Source: an uncultured bacterium
GTDB lineage: Bacteria > Verrucomicrobiota > Verrucomicrobiia > Limisphaerales > JACDHS01
Direction: 5' to 3'
NCBI GenBank assembly: GCA_966095605.1
Contig: CBHTTJ010000003.1
Span: 1 to 57,433 of the forward strand
Length of the DNA: 57,433 nucleotides
This document shows positions 38,044-46,613 of this stretch, one piece after another. Position numbers and translations under genes: made by a program. Position 1 is the stretch's first letter; each line of letters opens with the position of its first letter. Below the pieces are notes generated by a model. That model had not been told where the DNA came from, did not search any database, and saw only the letters and a list, made by a program, of their open reading frames with translations.

Positions 38044-39458
38044 TGTCTGAGCAAACGACTTTAAAGTTGTCGCCTCCGCCTGCGGCGTTGGAACGTGAGC
38101 CATTAGTCTCGAACAATCGCTCCCCTGGTTGGATTTCTAATCAGATCGCACAAATTGCAGAAGGCAAAACGCCGATGTGGTGGTGGCTTGCCTTCATTCC
38201 GAGCGTCATCATGATGACGATTCTCTTCTCCATGTTGATTTACCAGATTTCAACTGGTGTCGGTGTTTGGGGAAATAACCACCCCGTCATGTGGGGCTGG
38301 GACATCATCAACTTCGTCTGGTGGATCGGTATCGGTCACGCTGGAACGCTGATTTCAGCGATTCTTTGCTTGTTGCGTCAAAAATGGCGTACCGCTGTTA
38401 ATCGTTCCGCTGAAGCGATGACCATTTTTGCTGTTATGTGCGCCGGTATTTATCCGGCCCTGCACACAGGCCGTGTCTGGTATGACTGGTTCCTGTTTCC
38501 GATTCCAACGGCGAATGCGCTGTGGCCGCAATTCCGTTCACCACTGATGTGGGACGTGTTCGCGGTATCGACTTACTTCACGGTTTCCGTGTTGTTCTGG
38601 TACGTTGGACTGGTTCCTGACCTGGCGATCATGCGTGATCGTGCGAAGACGAAGATTCGTAAGTTCGCTTACGGATTGTTCTCACTCGGTTGGACTGGTT
38701 CAAATCGTCACTGGAGCAATTACGAAAAGGCATACCTGATTCTCGCAGGTCTTTCGACGCCTCTCGTGTTGTCCGTGCACTCCATCGTCTCTTTGGACTT
38801 CGCTGTTTCTCAACTTCCTGGTTGGCATACAACGATCTTCCCGCCGTACTTCGTTGCTGGTGCTATTTTCTCCGGCTTCGGGATGGTGTTGACGCTATTG
38901 ATTCCTATCCGCCGCCTCTGCCGTCTCGAAGACATCATCACGATGCGCCACATCGACCTGATGTGCAAAGTGACGCTCGCGACGGGTTCTATTGTAGGTT
39001 ACGCCTACGGCATGGAATTCTTTATCGCGTGGTATGGTGGTAATCCATTTGAACGTTATTGCTTCATCAACCGTGCCTTCGGTCCCTACTGGTGGGGCTA
39101 TTGGTCGATGATTATCTGTAACGTTGTGGTTCCGCAGTTTTTCTGGGTCAAGAAGTTCCGCCGCCATCTGCTGTTTGTCTGGATCCTTTCGATCCTCGTG
39201 AACATCGGTATGTGGTTTGAACGTTTCGAAATTATCGCAACGTCTCTGCATCGCGACTTCCTGCCAGGTAACTGGGGTTATTTCCGCCCGACCTGGGTGG
39301 ACATCACCACGTTCCTCGGAACGTTCGGATTGTTCTTCACGATGTTCCTGCTCTTTATGAGATTTTTGCCGATTATTGCGGCTTCTGAAGTCAAAGCCGT
39401 CACGCCTCAAGCGGATCCCCATCATCCGTTGGGTGGCGCGAAAGGAGGGCATCACTAA
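38043..39458 (+). CDS. actC: Alternative complex III NrfD-like quinol-binding membrane subunit
   Basis: [56 protein letters not shown]. Confidence 0.95.
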   Translation: MSEQTTLKLSPPPAALEREPLVSNNRSPGWISNQIAQIAEGKTPMWWWLAFIPSVIMMTILFSMLIYQISTGVGVWGNNHPVMWGWDIINFVWWIGIGHAGTLISAILCLLRQKWRTAVNRSAEAMTIFAVMCAGIYPALHTGRVWYDWFLFPIPTANALWPQFRSPLMWDVFAVSTYFTVSVLFWYVGLVPDLAIMRDRAKTKIRKFAYGLFSLGWTGSNRHWSNYEKAYLILAGLSTPLVLSVHSIVSLDFAVSQLPGWHTTIFPPYFVAGAIFSGFGMVLTLLIPIRRLCRLEDIITMRHIDLMCKVTLATGSIVGYAYGMEFFIAWYGGNPFERYCFINRAFGPYWWGYWSMIICNVVVPQFFWVKKFRRHLLFVWILSILVNIGMWFERFEIIATSLHRDFLPGNWGYFRPTWVDITTFLGTFGLFFTMFLLFMRFLPIIAASEVKAVTPQADPHHPLGGAKGGHH

Positions 39459-39997
39459 TGAGTGCGACTCCTCGTCCATACGGATTGATTGCCGAGTTCG
39501 ATAGTCCAGCCGATACGATGCACGCCGCCGAAAAGGTGCGTGACGCCGGTTTCCGCAAATGGGACGTGTTTACTCCATTTCCGGTCCACGGAATGGATCA
39601 GGCAATGGGATTGAAGAATTCCAAAGTGGGTTATTTCTCCTTCATTGGCGGCGTGAGCGGGTACACGCTCGGAATGTTAATGATCTGGTTCATGAACGCG
39701 ATTGACTATCCGATTCTGGTCGGTGGCAAGCCGATGTTCAGCCCGTTCTATTCATTCCCGCCTTCATACGAATTGACGATTCTATTGGGATCGTTTGGTT
39801 CGATTGCGGGTATGTTGTTCTTGAACCGTTTACCACGCCTTCATCATCCGTTGTTGAAGAATGTGCGTTTCAAACTGGCGACGCATGACAAGTTTTTCGT
39901 CGTCATTGAAACGGCGGATCCAAAGTATTCTGAAACAGAAACCCGCAAGTTGCTGGAATCTCTCGGCAGCAAGCACATCGAGGTAGTGGAGGAATAA
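39458..39997 (+). CDS. actD: Alternative complex III subunit D (DUF3341-like)
   Basis: TPFPVHGMD, YPILVGGKP, YELTIL; operon order. Confidence 0.92.
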   Translation: MSATPRPYGLIAEFDSPADTMHAAEKVRDAGFRKWDVFTPFPVHGMDQAMGLKNSKVGYFSFIGGVSGYTLGMLMIWFMNAIDYPILVGGKPMFSPFYSFPPSYELTILLGSFGSIAGMLFLNRLPRLHHPLLKNVRFKLATHDKFFVVIETADPKYSETETRKLLESLGSKHIEVVEE

Positions 39998-40623
39998 TGC
40001 GAGGCTTTTGTAAATATTTCTTGCTCCCGCTCGTGCTCGTTGCGATCACGATCGTCGTAATCGCAGGTCAACGCGGCAGTCTTTCGCGTAAACCGCCGAT
40101 TGAAATCTTCCCGGACATGGATCGCCAGCCGAAGCTGCGTCCACAGACGTTCAATCAGATTTTGCCCGGCAATCTCAGTTCGCAGCCGCATCCGGCCAAC
40201 ACGATTGCGCGTGGTTCTCATTTCGAAAACACCCCGGTGAATACTGGTCGTGAAACGACTGGCACGAATTGGGTTGAAATCAATCCGATGCCTTTGACCG
40301 ACTCCCTTTTGAATCGCGGTGAAGAGCGTTACAACATCAGTTGTGCTCCTTGCCACGGCGCGATTGGTGATGGCAAAGGTATTACCGGCAAATATGGCAT
40401 GGTGGCGATGGCGAATTTTCATGACAAACGCCTCGTGACCATGGCTGACGGAGAAATTTTCAACACGATTACTTACGGAAAGAACCTGATGGGTGCGTAT
40501 GGTGGTTTGATTTCCGTTGAAGATCGTTGGGCGATTATTGCCTATGTCCGTGCTCTGCAACGCAGCCGTTTGGCTTACGTTGATGAATTGCCGGCCAATG
40601 TTCAGTCCTCTTTCAAAAAATAG
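39997..40623 (+). CDS. actE: Alternative complex III monoheme cytochrome c subunit
   Basis: DMDRQPK, CAPCH, MGAYG, DRWAIIAYVRALQ. Confidence 0.92.
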   Translation: MRGFCKYFLLPLVLVAITIVVIAGQRGSLSRKPPIEIFPDMDRQPKLRPQTFNQILPGNLSSQPHPANTIARGSHFENTPVNTGRETTGTNWVEINPMPLTDSLLNRGEERYNISCAPCHGAIGDGKGITGKYGMVAMANFHDKRLVTMADGEIFNTITYGKNLMGAYGGLISVEDRWAIIAYVRALQRSRLAYVDELPANVQSSFKK

Positions 40624-40625
40624 AT

Positions 40626-41864
40626 ATGAGTTCGCACGGTGAATCACATAAATCTGAGCCGCTCGATTTGTCGCGCTGGCGCAACGTGCCGATTATCTTG
40701 ATGGTCGTCGGCGGTATTGGCACCGCGATCGGACTCGCTGTCGATCAGAAGCAATTCGGTTATTCCTGGCTGCTCGCATTCATGTTCTGCGTGAGTCTGG
40801 CGATGGGTGGTTTCTTCCTGACCCTGGTCCATCACTTGTTTGATGCCAGTTGGTCTGTTGGGATTCGCCGTATTAACGAGCATCTTGGCGCCTTGTCTTA
40901 CCAGGTGCTTCCATTCTTGTTCATTCCTATTGCGATTCTGGCTCCCAAACTCTATCCGTGGATTGCTGAGTTTGGAACGGCGGCTGGTGCGCATGATCAT
41001 GCATTGCAGGCGAAGCAGCCATTGTTTACACCAAAAGGTTTCTACATCGTTTCGATTCTCAACTTCGTGCTCTGGTTCATCTTTGCTCGTGGTCTGAAAA
41101 TGTTGTCTCTCAAACAGGATCAGAGCGGCGCTCCTGAAGTCACGGAAAAGCTTCGTATCTTTTCTTATCTCGGCATTTTTGTTTTCGCGATCACGCTGAC
41201 ACTCGGTGCCATCATGTGGATGAAGGCGTTGATGCACGAATGGTTCTCCACGATGTATGGTGTTTATTATTTCGCGGGCAGCGTTTGGTTAACATTGACC
41301 ACCGTCTACCTGATCGCCGCGATTTTGAAGCGTCAGGGGCCGCTTGCTCCGGTGATGCTGCAAAAGCAGTTTTACTTTATCGGATCTTTAATCTTCGCGT
41401 TCACGGTCTTCTACGCTTACGTGACGTTTTCTCAATATTTCATTATCTGGAACGCCAATATGCCGGAAGAAACGTTCTGGTATGTGGTTCGTGAAAAAGG
41501 AAATTTCTGGGATCTCGGCATGATTCTGATCTTTGGACATTTCTTCGTGCCGTTCCTCGCTCTGCTTCGTATCGATGTAAAGCTCGCGTTGCCTGTGATG
41601 GTTCCGGTCTTTATTTGGGCGTGGATCATGCATTTCGTTGATTTGGAATACAACATTGGTCCAGTGCCTCATCCAAACGGCATCACGCCAGGTAGCATTG
41701 CGCTCGATATCGCCTGCCTCATGTTCATGATCGGCCTGATGGCTTTTGTCTGGCTCCGCAATTATCGGGCGCACGCTCCGTATCCGCTGCGTGACCCTCG
41801 TCTGGCGGAAGGTCTCGATGTTTATGTGCCTCCGGCCGGTGCTTCAACCGGTCATGCAAAATAA
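40626..41864 (+). CDS. actF: Alternative complex III membrane subunit F
   Basis: About 10 TM segments; WFSTMYG, FSQYFIIWNANMPEETFWY. Confidence 0.92.
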   Translation: MSSHGESHKSEPLDLSRWRNVPIILMVVGGIGTAIGLAVDQKQFGYSWLLAFMFCVSLAMGGFFLTLVHHLFDASWSVGIRRINEHLGALSYQVLPFLFIPIAILAPKLYPWIAEFGTAAGAHDHALQAKQPLFTPKGFYIVSILNFVLWFIFARGLKMLSLKQDQSGAPEVTEKLRIFSYLGIFVFAITLTLGAIMWMKALMHEWFSTMYGVYYFAGSVWLTLTTVYLIAAILKRQGPLAPVMLQKQFYFIGSLIFAFTVFYAYVTFSQYFIIWNANMPEETFWYVVREKGNFWDLGMILIFGHFFVPFLALLRIDVKLALPVMVPVFIWAWIMHFVDLEYNIGPVPHPNGITPGSIALDIACLMFMIGLMAFVWLRNYRAHAPYPLRDPRLAEGLDVYVPPAGASTGHAK

Positions 41865-41903
41865 TGAACCGTTACCCTGAAACTAATTTCAACGGAGGAA
41901 CCA

Positions 41904-42281
41904 ATGAATAACGAAACCGATTGTGGATGCAAAAAGAAAGCAGCCTACGTCATTGGTATCGTCGGCTCCTTTCTCATCGTGGGCGGTCTGGTCTGGTTCA
42001 TGATCCAGAAAACCCGTCCGGAAGGTCTCGGCGAAGATCGCGCTGCTCTGCGTCGCAAGAATTTAACGGAACTGAAGGGTGTCAATGCGGAGGTACTCAA
42101 TAATTATGGCGTGCTTGATGCGAACAAAAAGATTGCTCGTCTTCCGATCGCTGAAGCCAAACGCATCCTGATTGAAGAATGGAAGGACGGCAAAGCCGGT
42201 CGTTCCAACCTCATTGCTCGAGTGGAAAAAGCTACGGCTGTTCCACCGAAAGCCCCGGAAAAGAAGAGTGAATTTGAATAA
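41904..42281 (+). CDS. ActG-like small single-TM subunit
   Basis: One TM; LNNYGVLD...ARLPIAEA resembles ActG-type motifs; follows actF. Confidence 0.65.
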   Translation: MNNETDCGCKKKAAYVIGIVGSFLIVGGLVWFMIQKTRPEGLGEDRAALRRKNLTELKGVNAEVLNNYGVLDANKKIARLPIAEAKRILIEEWKDGKAGRSNLIARVEKATAVPPKAPEKKSEFE

Positions 42282-42302
42282 AATCCGCGCGCTTAAATTA
42301 AA

Positions 42303-43715
42303 ATGACGTCAGTGTCCGCAAATCCAACCGACGCCAGCGCGGTAAAATATTCCACCGCCGAAATCGACGCTTCCTGTCGTGGCCCTGTCTTGTTCCTGTT
42401 TGTCACGGGAGCGATCTGGCTCGTGCTGGGATCCATCCTTGGACTGATCGCGTCGATCAAACTGCATGCTCCCGGAATGATGTCCGCTTGCCCCTGGATG
42501 ACTTATGGTCGTCTGCAGGCTGCGCAAACGGATATGTTCCTTTACGGCTTTGCTTCCGAAGCTGCGATCGCTTTGGTGCTCTGGCTTACCTCGCAGTTGG
42601 GACGCGTTCCACTGGCTCGCCCTTCTGCTGCGTTCGTCGGTGCCATTTTTTGGAACGTTGCCCTCGCGATTGGTGTGCTGGGCATCCTGTCCGGTGACAG
42701 CACGGGTTTCGAATGGTTTGAAATGCCCCGTTACGCCGCACCGCTGTTCGTATTCTCCTTTATCCTGATTGGTCTTGTCGCCGTTGTGACCTATCATTCC
42801 CGTCTTGAAAGAACCACTTATGTGTCACAATGGTTCTTGCTGGCGGCTCTATTCATTTTGCCCTGGGCGTTGACGACGGCCAACTTACTGCTCCTGATCC
42901 AGCCGGCTCGCGGTGTAATGCAGGCGGTTGTTGATTACTGGTTGATTTCGAATTTTCTGTATCTCTGGCTGGTGGCAGTTGCGGTCGCAACATTGTTCTA
43001 CTTTGTCCCAAAAATTTCGAATCAACCGTTGCACAGTTACTACCTCGCGCTCTTTGCTTTCTGGATTTTCATCCTGTTCGGTGGCTGGTGTGGTGTTCCT
43101 GCCGGTGCACCGCTTCCGCGCTGGATGCCCGCCGTGAGTGCTGGCGTTCGCATGCTTTTGTTGATTCCGATCATCGCCATTGTTTTGAATTTGCGCCGCA
43201 CGGCTGCAAACAGCACGGTGAAAGGAAACGTCATCTTGCGCTTCATGAATTTCTCGACGTTCAGCCTCTTGCTGGCTGGTTTGGCGACGGCCGGGAATTC
43301 CCTTCCGTCTGCCAGTGACGTGACTGAATACACATTGTTCTCCAGCGCGCTTTCTTCGCTCTGGCTTTATGGCGTCGTCGCGATGGCGTTCTTCGGTGCG
43401 ATTTATTACATCGTTCCGCGCCTGACGAATCTCGACTGGTGCAAACCAGCATCTGTGAGTGCACATTTCGGATTGGCTGCCCTGGGCCTATTGATTCTGG
43501 TCGTCGCCTTTGCGGTGGGTGGAATAAAGCAAGGTCAGGCTGCCAATGCTGGCACCAACTTCGTTGCCATGCCATTCCTGGGCGCCAGCACGATGGGACT
43601 TCTTTTGATGGCGCTGGGTAATTTGATTTTGCTCGGAAATCTGCTCGGTATTCTCCGCCGCCGTTGCCGTGCCTGCTGCAATTGTAACAGCGACGACAAA
43701 GGAGGTAAGCGATGA
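42303..43715 (+). CDS. Degenerate cbb3-type oxidase subunit I (CcoN) homologue lacking metal-ligand histidines
   Basis: CcoN-like framework (IASIKL..P, TYGRL, G.EWFEMP, YVSQWF, YFVPK...PLHSY.L, GAIYYIVPRL, AHF) with His sites substituted. Confidence 0.8.
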   Translation: MTSVSANPTDASAVKYSTAEIDASCRGPVLFLFVTGAIWLVLGSILGLIASIKLHAPGMMSACPWMTYGRLQAAQTDMFLYGFASEAAIALVLWLTSQLGRVPLARPSAAFVGAIFWNVALAIGVLGILSGDSTGFEWFEMPRYAAPLFVFSFILIGLVAVVTYHSRLERTTYVSQWFLLAALFILPWALTTANLLLLIQPARGVMQAVVDYWLISNFLYLWLVAVAVATLFYFVPKISNQPLHSYYLALFAFWIFILFGGWCGVPAGAPLPRWMPAVSAGVRMLLLIPIIAIVLNLRRTAANSTVKGNVILRFMNFSTFSLLLAGLATAGNSLPSASDVTEYTLFSSALSSLWLYGVVAMAFFGAIYYIVPRLTNLDWCKPASVSAHFGLAALGLLILVVAFAVGGIKQGQAANAGTNFVAMPFLGASTMGLLLMALGNLILLGNLLGILRRRCRACCNCNSDDKGGKR

Positions 43716-44392
43716 ACTACGGACCGCTCGTTTTCCTTGGTATCTTTTTTACATTCAGTCTTTCGTGGATCGGAATGATTTTCAGTCCACAGCTGCAGGT
43801 CGGTTCGCAGAAAATTTTCCAATCCGAAGAAACCGGTCAGCGCTATCCATCGGCCCATGCGGGACAGGTGAATCAAGGCGAACAACTTTATCGTTCGCTC
43901 GGTTGCGCTGCCTGTCATACTCAAGTTGTTCGTGCGAATGATGTTGGTCCGCTCGGTGTCCGCATCACTGTGGCCCAGGATTATCTGTTTGAAAATCCAG
44001 TGATGCTCGGTTCGCAACGCCTTGGTCCCGATTTGAAGAACATCGCGCTGCGTCGCCCCGACATGACATGGCACCTTCAGCATCTTTATAATCCACGTTC
44101 CGTTGCCGGCTCTGAAAAATCTTCCATGCCTCCGTACAAATTCCTTTTCAAGGAAGTGAAATTGAAGGAAGGCGAGAAGCCATCGGTGGATTCCATCTTG
44201 GTCAAAGGGGATACCCAGGTCATTGCGAAGCCAGAGGCATATCAACTGGTCAGTTATCTGTTGAGTCTGCACGCGGAAACCGCGCTGTTTGAAGCTCCTT
44301 TGCCACAACCGAAGACCAATGCGGCACCGGCAGAAGCGGCCACCAATGCGCCCGCGACGAACGCAGCAACGACCAATTCTTCTGCGAAATGA
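43712..44392 (+). CDS. ccoO: cbb3-type oxidase subunit II-like monoheme cytochrome c
   Basis: GCAACHTQVVR, GSQRLGPDL, HLYNPRS, SSMPPYKFL. Confidence 0.85.
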   Translation: MNYGPLVFLGIFFTFSLSWIGMIFSPQLQVGSQKIFQSEETGQRYPSAHAGQVNQGEQLYRSLGCAACHTQVVRANDVGPLGVRITVAQDYLFENPVMLGSQRLGPDLKNIALRRPDMTWHLQHLYNPRSVAGSEKSSMPPYKFLFKEVKLKEGEKPSVDSILVKGDTQVIAKPEAYQLVSYLLSLHAETALFEAPLPQPKTNAAPAEAATNAPATNAATTNSSAK

Positions 44393-45009
44393 AATCCGAC
44401 GCGAAACATATCAATCAGCCGGTAGGCGACGAAGCGCCACCGCAAGTGAACTACGCGCCGGCCCCGGTCATTTTCTTTCTCGTTTTAGCCGCAGGGCTTT
44501 TCGCAGCCGGTTTGTTCGTGGATCATTACAGCGGTGATTTCAGTCAGAAGGTTTACGCTCCGTATAAATCTGTCGAACACGTGGCCACGTTCCAGCCCAA
44601 GAGCGCGGGGGGTGAAATAGCGAAGAAGGGTGCCCAGGTTTATAACGTCGCTTGCGTTCCTTGCCATCAGGCCGGGGGACAGGGTGTTGCTGGTCAATTC
44701 CCTCCGCTGGCCGGATCTGAATGGGTCAACACCGAAAATCCAGAGCGGATGATTCGTATCGTCCTCAACGGTTTTGCGGGGCCAGTGAAAGTCAAAGACG
44801 CTGATTACAATGGCGCAATGCCTCCATGGCGCGACAGCTATAAGGATGAAGACATTGCCGCAGTGATTACTTTTGTTCGCGGTAACAAGGACTGGGGTAA
44901 CAAAGCGTCCGCCGTTAAGCCTGAGGACGTGAAGAAAGTTCGCGACGCCACCGCCGACCGCACCACAGCGTGGAGTTCTGAAGAGCTTCAATCTGTTCCT
45001 GAAAAGTAG
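44389..45009 (+). CDS. Membrane-anchored class I cytochrome c
   Basis: TM; CVPCHQ, FPPLAGSEWV, MPPW. Confidence 0.9.
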   Translation: MKSDAKHINQPVGDEAPPQVNYAPAPVIFFLVLAAGLFAAGLFVDHYSGDFSQKVYAPYKSVEHVATFQPKSAGGEIAKKGAQVYNVACVPCHQAGGQGVAGQFPPLAGSEWVNTENPERMIRIVLNGFAGPVKVKDADYNGAMPPWRDSYKDEDIAAVITFVRGNKDWGNKASAVKPEDVKKVRDATADRTTAWSSEELQSVPEK

Positions 45010-45032
45010 AACAATTATCTAAGAAAACAAAA

Positions 45033-45067
45033 AGCCGCCCGGTTACTCCGAGCGGCTCTTTTTTTTT
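45033..45067 (+). terminator. Intrinsic terminator closing the act/cco-like operon
   Basis: AGCCGCCCGG-TTACT-CCGAGCGGCT followed by C and a run of 9 T. Confidence 0.8.
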
Positions 45068-45188
45068 GTAGTGCCGGGCTTTGGCCAAACGCATCTTCCA
45101 AGTGAGATTGTCTTGCCCGTTGGATTCGGGAGCTGAGAGGTTTTCTAACGGTGATCGGAGATCAGCCGTTCAAAGCGCCAGTCGATGC

Positions 45189-46559
45189 TTAGACCGCCTT
45201 CGGCAACTCCTGCCAGAGCAGGGCGCTCATCCGAATGCCCTTATCGAAGCATTCCAGGTCGAACTTTTCGTTCGGGGAATGAGCATTATCGTCAGGCAAC
45301 GCAAGGCCGAGCAGCAAGGTGTCGGCGCCGAGAATCTTTTTGAACTGCGTAACGATCGGAATCGATCCGCCTTCGCGCATGAGGATGGGTTCGCAACCAA
45401 ACGCTTCCTTCAAAGTTTTCAACGCTGCTTGTGCCACCGCACTCGTGGGCGAGACGATGTATGGTTCGCCGCCGTGACCGGCTTTGATGGTCATGCGGAC
45501 CGTCGGAGGACAAAGCTTCTTTAATTGTTTCAAAACAGCTGCTCGGACCTTGGTCGGATTCTGATTCGGAACCAGACGGAACGTCAGTTTGGCGCGAGCC
45601 CACGCGGGGACGATCGTTTTGCTGCCATCGCCCTGGTAACCGCTGGTTAGTCCGTTGATTTCGATCGTCGGACGTGCCGCGCGTTGTTCGAATGGCGTGA
45701 ATCCTTTTTCACCGAAGAGCTTCGGCACACCGAGAAACTTCTGATACGCCTTTTCACTCATCGGAATGCGCTTGAACTGCTTCCGTTCGTATGCCGAAAG
45801 CTTTTCGACGTCATCGTAAAATCCAGGGATCGCAATGCGACCGTTTTTGTCCCGGAGCTTCCCGAGCAGTTGGCAAAGAGCCATAGCCGGGTTATCGACC
45901 GTGCCGCCGTAAATGCCCGAATGCAAATCCCGCGACGGACCATCGAGCTGGATTTCCACCGCGAGAATGCCGCGCAACGCGTAGGTTAGCGCGGGAAATT
46001 TTTTGTCGGGCATCCCGGTGTCGGAAACAACCACGCTCTCGACGTCCAATTCGTTTTTGTGTTGTTGCAGGAATTCCGCGAGATGTTTGCTGCCGACTTC
46101 TTCTTCGCCTTCGATGACGAAGGTGATGTCGCAGGGAAGTTCCGTCCCGGTTTTGAGATACGCTTCGACGGCTTTTAAATGGGCAAGGTTTTGTCCTTTG
46201 TTATCGCTGGAGCCACGGGCAAACAACGAAGTGCCTTCAATCCGGGGCTCGAAAGGAGCGGACTTCCAAAGATCCAGCGGCTCGGGGGGTTGCACGTCGT
46301 AATGGCCGTAGACCATGATGTGCGGTTTCTTCTTGCCGGTGCGTGGAGTTTTCGCGACCACGACGGGATGACCGGCCGTGGGATACAACGTCGTCTCCAG
46401 CCCGATGTTGCGGCAATGATTTACCAGCCACTCAGCGCATTTGACGAGATCGGCGCGATGCTGTGGTTGAGCAGAAACACTCGGGAAACGGACGTAATCA
46501 CAAAGCTCGCGAACAAAACGGTCGCGATTCGTTTTCAGGTAATCCAGAACGGCTTCCAT
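45189..46559 (-). CDS. M20 family dipeptidase (ArgE/DapE superfamily)
   Basis: YGHYDVQP, ARGSSDNKG, EGEEEVGS, DLHSG, GGSIP, HSPNE. Confidence 0.93.
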   Translation of the reverse strand: MEAVLDYLKTNRDRFVRELCDYVRFPSVSAQPQHRADLVKCAEWLVNHCRNIGLETTLYPTAGHPVVVAKTPRTGKKKPHIMVYGHYDVQPPEPLDLWKSAPFEPRIEGTSLFARGSSDNKGQNLAHLKAVEAYLKTGTELPCDITFVIEGEEEVGSKHLAEFLQQHKNELDVESVVVSDTGMPDKKFPALTYALRGILAVEIQLDGPSRDLHSGIYGGTVDNPAMALCQLLGKLRDKNGRIAIPGFYDDVEKLSAYERKQFKRIPMSEKAYQKFLGVPKLFGEKGFTPFEQRAARPTIEINGLTSGYQGDGSKTIVPAWARAKLTFRLVPNQNPTKVRAAVLKQLKKLCPPTVRMTIKAGHGGEPYIVSPTSAVAQAALKTLKEAFGCEPILMREGGSIPIVTQFKKILGADTLLLGLALPDDNAHSPNEKFDLECFDKGIRMSALLWQELPKAV

Positions 46560-46613
46560 GGCGGTCGACTGTAGGGTTGATTTGTAATTAGAGCAGTAAA
46601 ATTTCGCGGGCGG

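Noticed and set aside
37960-40660. His-rich termini of ActB, ActC and ActF
   Set aside because: Short low-complexity tails; no specific function can be supported from the sequence.
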